Made by a program: the position numbers and the translations under genes. From Candidatus Melainabacteria bacterium 17Bon1m (GTDB lineage Bacteria > Cyanobacteriota > Vampirovibrionia > Obscuribacterales > Obscuribacteraceae), in contig JAVLKG010000011.1 of the NCBI GenBank assembly GCA_032128875.1, forward strand, positions 128,001-192,000: a stretch of DNA of 64,000 nt. Reading direction: 5' to 3'. Under the pieces are notes generated by a model. It had not been told where the DNA came from. It searched no databases and worked only from the letters and a program-made list of their open reading frames with translations. Shown in pieces: positions 1 to 9,324 of this stretch. How positions within the stretch are numbered: position 1 is the first letter of the stretch; every line of letters begins with the position of its first letter.

Positions 1-432
1 GTATTTTTGAACCATCGGCATCACCGCACTGCCTGCGGCGACCAGGGTTTCTTTATTCGCAAGCGCAATCGTCTTGCCTTTCTCGATAGCTTTTGCTGTC
101 GGTTTCAATCCAAGAAATCCGACTACACCTGTGACGACAGTGTCGGCGCCGCTTTCTGCCGCGACCGTTTCCAAACCGCTAGAGCCTGTTTCAATCTCAA
201 CGCGAATATCCGAGCCGAGCTTCTCTAGTAGTGTTTTTCTGTTTTCGTCCGTTGGAACGCAAACCACGCCAGGGCGAAATTGCTTGATTTGGTCGGCAAA
301 ATCGTCCAAATTGCTTGCCCCTGCTGCCAAAGCAACCACTTCCAAGCTGTCCTTATGTGCCTGGATGATGTCGAGAGTTTGTCGGCCGATTGAGCCTGTG
401 GAGCCGAGGAGGCTGATTTTTTTGGTTGCCAT
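1..432 (-). CDS. dxr: 1-deoxy-D-xylulose 5-phosphate reductoisomerase (5' part; runs off the window)
   Basis: Not in the ORF track. Manual minus-strand translation from ATG at 432 gives MATKKISLLGSTGSIGRQTLDII...IALANKETLVAAG, containing the DXR motifs LGSTGSIG and LANKE. Confidence 0.95.
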   Translation of the reverse strand, partial: MATKKISLLGSTGSIGRQTLDIIQAHKDSLEVVALAAGASNLDDFADQIKQFRPGVVCVPTDENRKTLLEKLGSDIRVEIETGSSGLETVAAESGADTVVTGVVGFLGLKPTAKAIEKGKTIALANKETLVAAGSAVMPMVQKY

Positions 433-604
433 GATATCCAAGGACCCCCTGACTACTTGTCGTTCGGCTAATTTTACCAATTGTGCCGTCTAATCACTGT
501 GATGCGGGCAGCTCACACTTCATAAACTGAGGGTTCTAAACTATTTACTCGAATCCTGTATGGTTAACTGCTACCAACTCGTTTGGTAAACCAAGGAGAA
601 TTAA

Positions 605-2029
605 ATGCTTTCCAAGTCTGTTGTTTCACGAGTAGTGAAAACATTCGTCGTCGCTTTGACCATCCCGCTCTTGGCTGGGTGCGTGGTAGAGCAGCGTTTG
701 TCGTGGTCGCCGGACGGAAAGAAGTTGGCGATCGTCGGTGCCGACGGCTTGCGTGTTTCTGTGGATGGTGGCATACATTTGGGTGAGCCCGTTGAAGACG
801 ATGCTCAGCTTGTAGGCTGGTTTCCTGATTCGAAGCGAGTTGCAGTTGTAACCAAAAGCAATTTCGAAAATTGGGCCGAGCTTGAAAAATCTCTAGACAA
901 AGAAGAAGTTGAAGCAATTAGAATAGGCGGCGCGCAAATGCTCAAGCAGTTGGAGCTTTGTGGTGGCGACTTTGCGGTATGCCGAGACGCTCTTAAGAAA
1001 GATAACTTCAACGCCGCTTACATCCAGCCCGTACTGTATTATCTTCGCTCTACACAGCACGACAGCATGCAACGTCTTGTCGGTAGAGAATGGTCAGAAA
1101 TGAGGGCGATGGATGCTTTTGTCTTCCTCTCTCGTATCAAGGTGTACGAAGTCGATGCAAGCGGAAAGTTGCAGCACAAGCAAACTTTGGCCTCCACCGC
1201 AGATACTTTTGAATCAATCAGAGTAAGTCCGTCTAACGAATTTTTGTGTTTAGTGGATAAAGATGGAAATCTTTGTTTGGCTCAAACAACCGCCGGCGCA
1301 AAAGGTTATCGCCGGATTGGTTCAAAGTTTTCAAAACTGCCGGATTGGGACCTTAATACCGATGTGATTTATGGTTTGCATTCAGTTGTGAAAACGGACA
1401 AAAGAGGCTCATCGGACGTTCAAGAACTCGTTGCCGTGGATGCAAGAAAAGGCGGTTCGCTAAAACGATTGTCGTGGGCGCAAACAACAAATAGCAAAGT
1501 ACGTTCTACAGTCGATGGCAATTTGATTTTCGGGTCTTCAGTCCGCGTGCCTGCAGGAAAGAAAAGCAAGACGCGAGACATCGATGCTTTGAGCGTTTTC
1601 AATCTGACCAGCGGAAAGTCGAAACGTCTCTTTGTTGCAGATAGTGGTGACAGGTTGGAGAACTTTGAAGTAAGTCCAGACGGAAAGAAAATCTCCATAG
1701 TCAGCACAAATGGCGCCGTGAAAATCGTCTCCCTGCCTGCCGGCACATACCGCGTAGTCGTGCCCGGTGTGCCTAAAAATGAGCGCGATGTTTTCGCACC
1801 CGTCTGGAAAAGCAATGATGAAATTTGCTACGAGCGTCTGTCTGTCAAGGACGGTTTGGGAAAGGTTGCTCTATTTTCGTTGAGTACAAACAAGTCCAAG
1901 GACATCAGCTCCGCGTGGCCGGCTGAGGCTGTACGCCGTCTTTTGAACGATCCGAAAAAGGGTAGCAAGCTTTCTTTTGAAGACATGCTCAAAGATTTGG
2001 CAGATCAAAGGACAAAGCTGAAAAGCTAG
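605..2029 (+). CDS. Lipoprotein with TolB/WD40-like beta-propeller repeats
   Basis: AGGAG RBS; lipobox LLAGC; repeated WSPDG / WFPDS / VSPDG / PVWKS motifs typical of PD40-type repeats. Confidence 0.75.
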   Translation: MLSKSVVSRVVKTFVVALTIPLLAGCVVEQRLSWSPDGKKLAIVGADGLRVSVDGGIHLGEPVEDDAQLVGWFPDSKRVAVVTKSNFENWAELEKSLDKEEVEAIRIGGAQMLKQLELCGGDFAVCRDALKKDNFNAAYIQPVLYYLRSTQHDSMQRLVGREWSEMRAMDAFVFLSRIKVYEVDASGKLQHKQTLASTADTFESIRVSPSNEFLCLVDKDGNLCLAQTTAGAKGYRRIGSKFSKLPDWDLNTDVIYGLHSVVKTDKRGSSDVQELVAVDARKGGSLKRLSWAQTTNSKVRSTVDGNLIFGSSVRVPAGKKSKTRDIDALSVFNLTSGKSKRLFVADSGDRLENFEVSPDGKKISIVSTNGAVKIVSLPAGTYRVVVPGVPKNERDVFAPVWKSNDEICYERLSVKDGLGKVALFSLSTNKSKDISSAWPAEAVRRLLNDPKKGSKLSFEDMLKDLADQRTKLKS

Positions 2030-2035
2030 TTTCGC

Positions 2036-2293
2036 TCAACGTTGCAGTTGAAGCGTTTCTTGCTCTTTGCGAAAAAGCTTGTCCAATGCCATCAGAATAG
2101 CTACGGCTGCAACCAGTCCTAGCATCGCAGCCGGCAAAGCCACTATTTGCATAAACTCACTCAACGATTTGTCGGTGAGGTAGGACGTTAATGCGGTGAA
2201 TCCAATTACTATGTAGAAGGGAAATCCGCAAATCAGAAAGATTGTTGTTGCCCAGCAGGCGACTTCTCTATGTGTTTGTTCTTGTGTTTTCAT
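2036..2293 (-). CDS. Small hypothetical membrane protein (2 TM)
   Basis: 85-aa ORF with two hydrophobic segments, filling the gap between convergent neighbours. Confidence 0.6.
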   Translation of the reverse strand: MKTQEQTHREVACWATTIFLICGFPFYIVIGFTALTSYLTDKSLSEFMQIVALPAAMLGLVAAVAILMALDKLFRKEQETLQLQR

Positions 2294-2406
2294 GACCCCA
2301 GTATGGATTAACCGGGGTTAAGGACCGGTTATGGATTCGCTTATCATCGCGATCTTTCACCATGTCTTAATTGTTTTGCCGGGTTCTAAATCGTTTTTGT
2401 TGAACT

Positions 2407-3375
2407 CTAAAAGCTCTCGATTTCCTTGCGGTCTTTGTCTGCCAGGTCCTTTCGTCCCATCTTTTCGTAAGCCGCAGCTCGCTCTTTCAGCGCTATTTTC
2501 GACGGCTGCAGCTCAAAGGCCTTCGTGAAGTCTGCAATTGCTTCTTTGTGTCTTCCCATACTTTCGTAGGCTCTGGCTCTGTTTAGATAGCCGGCATCAT
2601 CCTGTTTGTTATGTGTCACGAGGCCATTCAAACTTTTGATTGCTTCTTCGTGTTTGCCCATTGCGCGCAAACACGCGACTTCTCGGTAAACGACTTGATC
2701 TTCGTACTTCAGTTTTAATAGCCTTCGATATTCGGCAATCGCGCGATCATACTGCTTAAGGTTTTCCAAAATTGTTGCGCGTTGAACCCAATACTTTCTT
2801 TCCGGTTTTGGATTCAACTTCAAAAACATGTCGATGTCCTTGAGCGCTTCTTTGTCGCGCTTCAAATTGCTGAGCGCACCGGCTCGTTCGTGATAGCCTT
2901 CATAATCAGGTTTTTTGACGGTCAAACCTTTGGTGGCAAACTTAATGCCACTTTCAAAATCACCTTTTGCGTCATAGCATTCGGCGAGCCGAACCCAGGC
3001 TTTTCCGAGCTGAGGATCAATCTCCAGGGCGCGCCGCAAGCACTTTTCCGCTTTCTCCGTCCCGCTAGCTAAGTCGTTGTAGTTGTTCATGTAGGCATTG
3101 CCCAATTCCGTCAACACATATGGGTCATTGGGATGCTTGCGCTGAATTTCGCGCAGCATTCTGGCGCTCTCACCATAGTGACCAAGTTGCCCAAGGCGAA
3201 GCGCCTCATCAAAAGCTCGTCCATCGGCGCTGCTCGCCAATGCAGGCGAGAATCTTGCGCAAAAAGGCAGAGCGATGCAAAAACACAATGCGACGCAAAA
3301 GGATCTCGCGCGCAAAAACTGTTTGCTTTGCGAAGCATCATATTTGGTGGCAAAAACTATTTCCATCGTTCGCAT
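2407..3375 (-). CDS. Secreted tetratricopeptide-repeat protein (paralog 3 of a tandem triplet)
   Basis: N-terminal signal-like segment; TPR helices (AEKCLRRALEIDP, AIADFTKAFELQP); C-terminal KMGRKDLA motif shared with neighbours. Confidence 0.85.
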   Translation of the reverse strand: MRTMEIVFATKYDASQSKQFLRARSFCVALCFCIALPFCARFSPALASSADGRAFDEALRLGQLGHYGESARMLREIQRKHPNDPYVLTELGNAYMNNYNDLASGTEKAEKCLRRALEIDPQLGKAWVRLAECYDAKGDFESGIKFATKGLTVKKPDYEGYHERAGALSNLKRDKEALKDIDMFLKLNPKPERKYWVQRATILENLKQYDRAIAEYRRLLKLKYEDQVVYREVACLRAMGKHEEAIKSLNGLVTHNKQDDAGYLNRARAYESMGRHKEAIADFTKAFELQPSKIALKERAAAYEKMGRKDLADKDRKEIESF

Positions 3376-3408
3376 AAAAATTGATTTGGGCGCTTGCTTC
3401 GCATCCGA

Positions 3409-4320
3409 TTATAATCGCTCGGCTTCTTTGCGATCTCTGGCTGCCAAATCCTTTCTACCCATCTTTGCATACGTATCAGCTCTTTCGTTGTAGAGGGTGG
3501 CGGATGGCAGAAGTTGAATCGCCTTGCTGTAGTCTGCGACAGCTTCTCTTAGCTTGCCCTGTTTGACCAGTAAGTTACCGCGTGCTTCATAGGCGGCATC
3601 GTCGTCGTCATTGTGCTTCAGTAAATTGCTGAGGCAATCTATCGCCTCTTCTAGCCTGTTCAACTTCTCAAGACAGCGGGCTTCCTTGAACACGGTGCCA
3701 TCGTCATAATGTTCTTTCTGCATCACGCGGTAGTCGGCGAGCGCCCGCTCGTATTGTTTTAAGTTCTCCAAAATGCTCGCCCTGCGCTCAAATGCTTTTC
3801 TGTACCCCTTGCGTAACGAAATGAATTTGTCTAGATCAGCTAGCGCTTCCTTGTCTTTGTGCAGGTTGCTGTATGTCGATGCGCGTTCCATGTACGCTTG
3901 GGTATCAGGTCTTTTGACGGTAAGCGCTTTGGTCGACATCTGAATTGCAAGGTCGTATTTGCATTGCGCGTTTGCCCATTCGCTCATGTGGTAATAAGCC
4001 TTGCCGAACTGAGGATCAAGCCTTATCGCCTTGCGGAAGCACTGCTCTGCTTTGATTTGTCCACCAGCCATTTCATTCGTGTCGTTCAGATAAGTCTGAC
4101 CGAGTTCAACCAACAAGCTGGCGTCTTGCGGATGGAGCCTGCATAGCTTTTCCAAAATAATGCTTGCTTGATCTAGATGTCCATCTTTGATGAGCTGCTG
4201 CGCGCGCTCGTATTGAAACTGTTCTACAGATTTGCAAGTTCCGGAAGTTCCTGAGACAAGGGAGGTAATCAAAAACCCGATGGCAAAAAGTTTGAACCTG
4301 GAAGCAAACATTCCCTTCAA
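3409..4320 (-). CDS. Secreted TPR protein (paralog 2)
   Basis: Signal-like N-terminus; AEQCFRKAIRLDP, AVADYSKAIQLLP, KMGRKDLAARDRKE. Confidence 0.85.
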   Translation of the reverse strand: MKGMFASRFKLFAIGFLITSLVSGTSGTCKSVEQFQYERAQQLIKDGHLDQASIILEKLCRLHPQDASLLVELGQTYLNDTNEMAGGQIKAEQCFRKAIRLDPQFGKAYYHMSEWANAQCKYDLAIQMSTKALTVKRPDTQAYMERASTYSNLHKDKEALADLDKFISLRKGYRKAFERRASILENLKQYERALADYRVMQKEHYDDGTVFKEARCLEKLNRLEEAIDCLSNLLKHNDDDDAAYEARGNLLVKQGKLREAVADYSKAIQLLPSATLYNERADTYAKMGRKDLAARDRKEAERL

Positions 4321-4323
4321 CCC

Positions 4324-5292
4324 TTACATTCGATCTGCTTCTTTTCTGTCTTTCTCCGCCATGTCTTTGCGCCCCATTTTTTCGAAAACAGAAGCGCGTT
4401 CTTTTAAGGCTGTAGGCGAAGGTGACAAGTCGAGTGAAGTCGAATAGTCAGTAATAGCCTCTTTGTGTTTGCCCAGGCTTTCATAGAGCCGAGCTCTGTT
4501 GAGATAACCAGTGTCATCAAATTTGTTGTGCGCGATTAGTTGGTTTAAAACCTTGAGTGCTTCGTCTGGTTTTTTCATAGCCTTTAGGCAGGCCACTTCA
4601 CGGAACACAATCGAGTCTTCATAGTGCTCTTTCTGCATAGTGCGATAAACGGCCAACGCTTTATCGTACTGCTTGAGGTTTTCGAGTATCCCAGCCTTTT
4701 GCAAGTAGATCTTATTCCTGTGGCGCTGTTCTTTAGGCAGCGGAGTTTTTGACAGAAACAGCTCGAAATCGGCGAGCGCCTCTTTATCTTTGTGCAACAT
4801 GCTGTACGCTCCTGCACGTTCAACGAGTGCTGTCACATCGGGTTGTTTGACAGCCAGTGCCTGAGTTGCCAGCTTCACAGCCATTTCCCAATTTCCGTGA
4901 GCGCTGTACCATTCAGAAAGTTTTTTGTATCCACGACCATATTGCGGCTGGACTTCAATGGCTTTTCTGAAGCATTTTTCGGCTATAGCTGTGCTGTGAG
5001 TCAGGTCGGCTGCGTTATTCATGTGTGCATGACCAAGCTGACAAAGGACGAATGCGTCTTTTGGATTGCGTTGATTTACACCGGTGAGAACGCGAATTGC
5101 TTCCGGAAAGTGGCCGGTATCGCATAGGCGGATCGCATCATTGACTCGCTGCGAATCGTACGCGTCCATCGCTAAAGCCGGAGCTGCAAGGCAAAGGACG
5201 GTAATGGCGGAGATGACTCGCGCGGAATCGAAACGCTGAAGTGTTTTCTTTGCGATACTGAATGTGGTGGCGCTGTTTGAGTTCAACCGCAT
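4324..5292 (-). CDS. Secreted TPR protein (paralog 1)
   Basis: Signal peptide ending APALA; AEKCFRKAIEVQP, KMGRKDMAEKDRKE. Confidence 0.85.
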   Translation of the reverse strand: MRLNSNSATTFSIAKKTLQRFDSARVISAITVLCLAAPALAMDAYDSQRVNDAIRLCDTGHFPEAIRVLTGVNQRNPKDAFVLCQLGHAHMNNAADLTHSTAIAEKCFRKAIEVQPQYGRGYKKLSEWYSAHGNWEMAVKLATQALAVKQPDVTALVERAGAYSMLHKDKEALADFELFLSKTPLPKEQRHRNKIYLQKAGILENLKQYDKALAVYRTMQKEHYEDSIVFREVACLKAMKKPDEALKVLNQLIAHNKFDDTGYLNRARLYESLGKHKEAITDYSTSLDLSPSPTALKERASVFEKMGRKDMAEKDRKEADRM

Positions 5293-5360
5293 CTGGCTGT
5301 CCGCAGGTAAGTCGCTTAAACGACTATCCTTAGGATACAGTGTTTCTGCCTAAGCTGAGG

Positions 5361-6470
5361 TTATGGCAATTCGATGCGTGGGAAGGCGTTGTTCTTCATC
5401 AGGTTGCGCATGAATGTCAGCGCCACTTCGCGATGTTTCGCCTGATCATAGCTGCCGCCCCAGAATCCATAATAGTATTCGGGGAAGCGCGGATCTCTGG
5501 AATCGCCGTAAATGCGATAAGGGTCTAACGGCATGACTGCATTGCCTGGCGGCACACGGTTTACCCGTTGCAGTCCGGTACGCGAATCAGTGTCAACCGC
5601 CTTCAGAAGCGAGATTGCATCATCCATTTTCTTTAGCGAATATGGATTATTGAGTTCGATAAAGCGGCCGCCATTGAGGACTTGATCGATAATCGGCTTC
5701 ATCGCTTGTGCCGCATAGACGTCCGCCAGATAAATCTTGAAATATGGGTTGTCCGAAGTCTTTACGGACTCCTCGAGACTCTTTGCCTGAATGTCCAGGA
5801 CGTTGGAAGAGGTCTTCGACATGCGCAGGAAGTAATTCATTGCGTCGCCGCTGACGGCTCGACCGCCCGGAGCCTGGAAATCCACTTGCTGCCCGGGTTT
5901 GAAGTTGGAGAAGCCCTTAAATCCGTTCTCCACCGCCATCGCTTCGTTAACCTTGAGGCGCGTGGCTTCAAGGTCGCGTTTGTCGGAATTCATCTCGATT
6001 TCTTTGGCTTGAATCGAATAATAGTGTCGGCGTGGGCGCTGCGAGACGGTTCCGTCGCCGCCGCGAATCTGTTCCATCTCTCCAGAGCCATCCAGCCAGA
6101 AGAAATAGCCCTTCGAGTCCACGAAGTGCTTGACCTTAACGCCTTCCGGAATTCCTTGAATACTCAGTTGCTGATAGTTAGGATTAACCGCCAGTTTGCG
6201 GTCGAAGTCCGCTTCGCCATAACGCAGAGTCAGCTTGCCGTTAACGACAGGATCCGGGATGGTTCTGTCCGTAACCACCGGACGTGTGCCGTTTTGCAGA
6301 ATTTCAGGCTGTGTTTGCCCGCCCGCCAGGCGATCACGGATGCGGTCACGGAAAGACGTGCTGGGTTCTTGGTACTGTGTCCGTACCCAATACTCACTAT
6401 TGTCCAAAACACTGCCCTGCGGCACTTTTGCCGCTTGCGGGTCAAATTGTTCGTTGGTCCGTTCACCCAT
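5361..6470 (-). CDS. Hypothetical protein (369 aa, no signal peptide)
   Basis: Long ORF with AAGGA RBS and a sigma70-like promoter; no family recognised. Confidence 0.75.
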   Translation of the reverse strand: MGERTNEQFDPQAAKVPQGSVLDNSEYWVRTQYQEPSTSFRDRIRDRLAGGQTQPEILQNGTRPVVTDRTIPDPVVNGKLTLRYGEADFDRKLAVNPNYQQLSIQGIPEGVKVKHFVDSKGYFFWLDGSGEMEQIRGGDGTVSQRPRRHYYSIQAKEIEMNSDKRDLEATRLKVNEAMAVENGFKGFSNFKPGQQVDFQAPGGRAVSGDAMNYFLRMSKTSSNVLDIQAKSLEESVKTSDNPYFKIYLADVYAAQAMKPIIDQVLNGGRFIELNNPYSLKKMDDAISLLKAVDTDSRTGLQRVNRVPPGNAVMPLDPYRIYGDSRDPRFPEYYYGFWGGSYDQAKHREVALTFMRNLMKNNAFPRIELP

Positions 6471-6509
6471 GAATGCTGTCCTTAAGGCTTTTCTGGCATG
6501 CTTATGGTG

Positions 6510-6538
6510 AATATCTTCAAAATCAAGCCCTGTGTCAA
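6510..6538 (-). promoter_or_regulatory. Putative sigma70 promoter for the 369-aa ORF
   Basis: Minus strand TTGACA-N17-GATATT about 40 bp upstream of ATG 6470. Confidence 0.5.
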
Positions 6539-6617
6539 TGTTAGGACTACGTACCTCACCCGGGACCGCCCACGCCGCAGCGAACTGGAAGGTTTTTCGG
6601 CTCCATTAGATCGCACC

Positions 6618-6649
6618 AAAGAAAATGAGGGCACATAAATGCGCCCTCA
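6618..6649 (-). terminator. Intrinsic terminator after thrS
   Basis: TGAGGGC/GCCCTCA stem followed by TTTTCTTT on the minus strand. Confidence 0.55.
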
Positions 6650-6703
6650 CGTTTCTTCTATTTTTGTCGAGTTTTCAAAACAGATATCTACGTCGATATC
6701 TAC

Positions 6704-8665
6704 TTATTTTGATTCCTTACTGTCGATCTCTTCTTTGAACTTGACCTTGATGTCGTTCAAATTGAGAATGCCCAGATCGCCTTCGCGTCTGTGGCGCAAC
6801 GCAGCTCCGTCGGCAGCCAATTCTTTGTCCCCGATAACACACATGTAGGGCACTTGCTCTAACTGTGCTTCGCGGATGCGGTAGTTGATCGTTTCAGAAC
6901 GAGTGTCTACCTTTACGCGCATTCCCATCTCCTTGAGCGCCGCGGCGACTTTGTCGGCGTGCTCGTAGTGACGGTCTGCAATCGGGAGAATTACTGCTTG
7001 AATCGGCGCCAGCCAAAGCGGGAAAGCCCCGGCATAGTGTTCGATCAAACCGCCGACGAAACGCTCCATCGAACCGAGGACAGCGCGGTGGATCATAACT
7101 ACTTTGTGGCGGGCATTATCGTCGCCTATGAAATTCACATCAAAACGGTTGGGCAAGTTCAAATCGACCTGCACTGTTGGACCTTGCCATTCGCGGCCGA
7201 TGGCATCATAGAGTTTGATGTCGATTTTCGGAGCGTAGAACGCGCCGCCGCCTTCATCAATCTCGCATTCCAATCCGCGCGATTTAGCCGCGTTTTTCAA
7301 CGCTTCTGTGGCTTGATCCCATTCCTCGACCGATCCGATGAATTTCTCCGGACGTGTTGCCAGATAGGCTTTATATGTATAGCCGAAGGTTTTCATCAAC
7401 GAATCGATCAAATCGAGAATGCCATTGATTTCACTTTCCATCTGCTCAGGCGTGCAGAAGATGTGCGAGTCGTCTTGGGTAAATCCGCGGACGCGCAGCA
7501 TTCCGTGCAATACGCCGGAGCGCTCGTAGCGATAGACCGTTCCCAATTCCGCAAAGCGCAGCGGCAAATCGCGATAGCTGCGCAGTTTGGTCTTGTAGAT
7601 CATGATGTGACCGGGGCAGTTCATCGGTTTGGCACGATAAGGCATGCCGTCGATGTCCATTGCCGAGTACATGTTCTCGCCGTAAGACTCTAGGTGACCG
7701 CTGATTTTATAGAGTTCTTCCGACGCGATGTGCGGAGTGAAAACGAAGTCATAGCCGCGTTTTCTGTGCTCATCTCGCCAGTAGTCTTCGATTACGGCGC
7801 GGACTGTCGCCAGATTTGGATGCCAGAAAACCAACCCTGGACCTACTTCATCGTGCGTGGAAAAAAGGTCCAACTGCTTCGAAAGGCGTCTGTGGTCGCG
7901 TTTTTCCGCTTCTTCCAGTCGGTGCAGGTAATCTTCAAGATCTTTCTTAGACCAGAAAGCCGTCGCGTAAATGCGCTGCAGATGGTCTTTCTTCTCATCT
8001 CCACGCCAGTATGAGCCTGAAAACTTGAGGAGCTTGAAGGCTTTTATATGGTTGGTTGACGGCAAGTGCGGTCCCCGGCAGAGATCGTTCCAGATCGTCT
8101 TGCCATCTTTGTCCTGCATGAGATAGAGCGTCGGCTCGTGGTCTCTGTGTTCTTCCAGAAGTTCGGCTTTGTACTTTTCGCCTTGATCCTTGAATTCTTT
8201 TATTTGTTTGTCGACATCAGGAATATAGAAGCGCACCAACTTTTGATTGGAGTCGGCGATTTTCTTCATTTCTGCTTCGATTTTTTCCAAGTCCTCAGCC
8301 GTGAGCTTGTGATCCGGGATATCGAAGTCGTAATAAAAACCGTCTTCAATTGTTGGACCAATGGCAATTTTTGCCTGTGGAAACAGGTTTTGCACAGCCT
8401 GCGCCATAACGTGCGCGCTGGAATGCCTCAAAAGTTCAATAGATTGCTTATCTTCGGGTTTGAGGATGCAGACTGTGTCGCCGTCGTTCAGAGGAGTGAA
8501 TAAATCGCGCAATTCGCCGTTGATTGTGGCGCCTACGGCTTTTCTGTAAAGCCCTTCTGCGATTGATTTTGCTAGATCTGCTGCGGTCCAACCAGGTTCG
8601 ATCGGTCTCTTGGAGCCGTCGGGCAGATTGACCACTGGAGCGTTTTTTACCTCTTGAACTGACAT
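6704..8665 (-). CDS. thrS: Threonine--tRNA ligase
   Basis: TGS domain, LRHSSAHVMAQAV, DLCRGPH, KPMNCPGH, RVRGFTQDD, IHRAVLGSMERF; start placed at ATG 8665 behind a GAGGA RBS. Confidence 0.98.
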   Translation of the reverse strand: MSVQEVKNAPVVNLPDGSKRPIEPGWTAADLAKSIAEGLYRKAVGATINGELRDLFTPLNDGDTVCILKPEDKQSIELLRHSSAHVMAQAVQNLFPQAKIAIGPTIEDGFYYDFDIPDHKLTAEDLEKIEAEMKKIADSNQKLVRFYIPDVDKQIKEFKDQGEKYKAELLEEHRDHEPTLYLMQDKDGKTIWNDLCRGPHLPSTNHIKAFKLLKFSGSYWRGDEKKDHLQRIYATAFWSKKDLEDYLHRLEEAEKRDHRRLSKQLDLFSTHDEVGPGLVFWHPNLATVRAVIEDYWRDEHRKRGYDFVFTPHIASEELYKISGHLESYGENMYSAMDIDGMPYRAKPMNCPGHIMIYKTKLRSYRDLPLRFAELGTVYRYERSGVLHGMLRVRGFTQDDSHIFCTPEQMESEINGILDLIDSLMKTFGYTYKAYLATRPEKFIGSVEEWDQATEALKNAAKSRGLECEIDEGGGAFYAPKIDIKLYDAIGREWQGPTVQVDLNLPNRFDVNFIGDDNARHKVVMIHRAVLGSMERFVGGLIEHYAGAFPLWLAPIQAVILPIADRHYEHADKVAAALKEMGMRVKVDTRSETINYRIREAQLEQVPYMCVIGDKELAADGAALRHRREGDLGILNLNDIKVKFKEEIDSKESK

Positions 8666-8737
8666 GATGTTTATCCTCATAATGCGGCATCTACAAACTG
8701 CCGTAGATAAGGATCTTACCAATTCAAAGTGTAGTTT

Positions 8738-9229
8738 CTAACAACCGAACTCGCTTCTGAGCTGTTTCGTAAAGGATGCGAGGTTGTCGCGGGTCGTGTG
8801 CATGCGAATTCCGACGCCATCCCAGCGGTATACGCCCGTTGTGGCGTTTCCTGAATCCAGCCAGGCTTCGACCTTGAAGCCGAAGACGGGGGCTTTTGTA
8901 ACGCGCAATTCGAAGAAAGGTTCGGCTGGCTCGAACAATACAGAGTCCACTTTGCCCTCGATTAACTGCTCAATCTGCTCGGCCAGTTCGTGAACTTCAT
9001 CTTTTGGCTTACGGCAGATGAGGCATTCTTCGAAGTCTGACTCCTCGTCAGGGGATGAATTTCCATTAGATGAATAGCCGAGATTTATATTGAAAGGTCC
9101 GCTTACAAGCGCCAGACCGACTTTCTGCCAGGCCTGGTCGCTCATGATTTCAGCCACCGGCAATGCTGGACCGGGGACGATCTCAAGAGTGCTCTCTACT
9201 TCTTTATCTTCAGAGGCTAGTTTTGCCAA
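8738..9229 (-). CDS. Hypothetical protein (possibly WapI-like fold)
   Basis: 163-aa ORF co-oriented between mnmE and thrS; the family guess is by eye only. Confidence 0.65.
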   Translation of the reverse strand: MAKLASEDKEVESTLEIVPGPALPVAEIMSDQAWQKVGLALVSGPFNINLGYSSNGNSSPDEESDFEECLICRKPKDEVHELAEQIEQLIEGKVDSVLFEPAEPFFELRVTKAPVFGFKVEAWLDSGNATTGVYRWDGVGIRMHTTRDNLASFTKQLRSEFGC

Positions 9230-9324
9230 AAGGGACCTTCTTTATTTGATTACCGATACGAACTTCTTACTAATGCCTATCTGCGGATTGACGCTGGAAA
9301 AGACTAACTCCGACAAACGCTGAA

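Noticed and set aside
8666..8740. T-box leader for thrS
   Set aside because: Only ~70 bp separate thrS from the upstream ORF, and no T-box consensus is visible.
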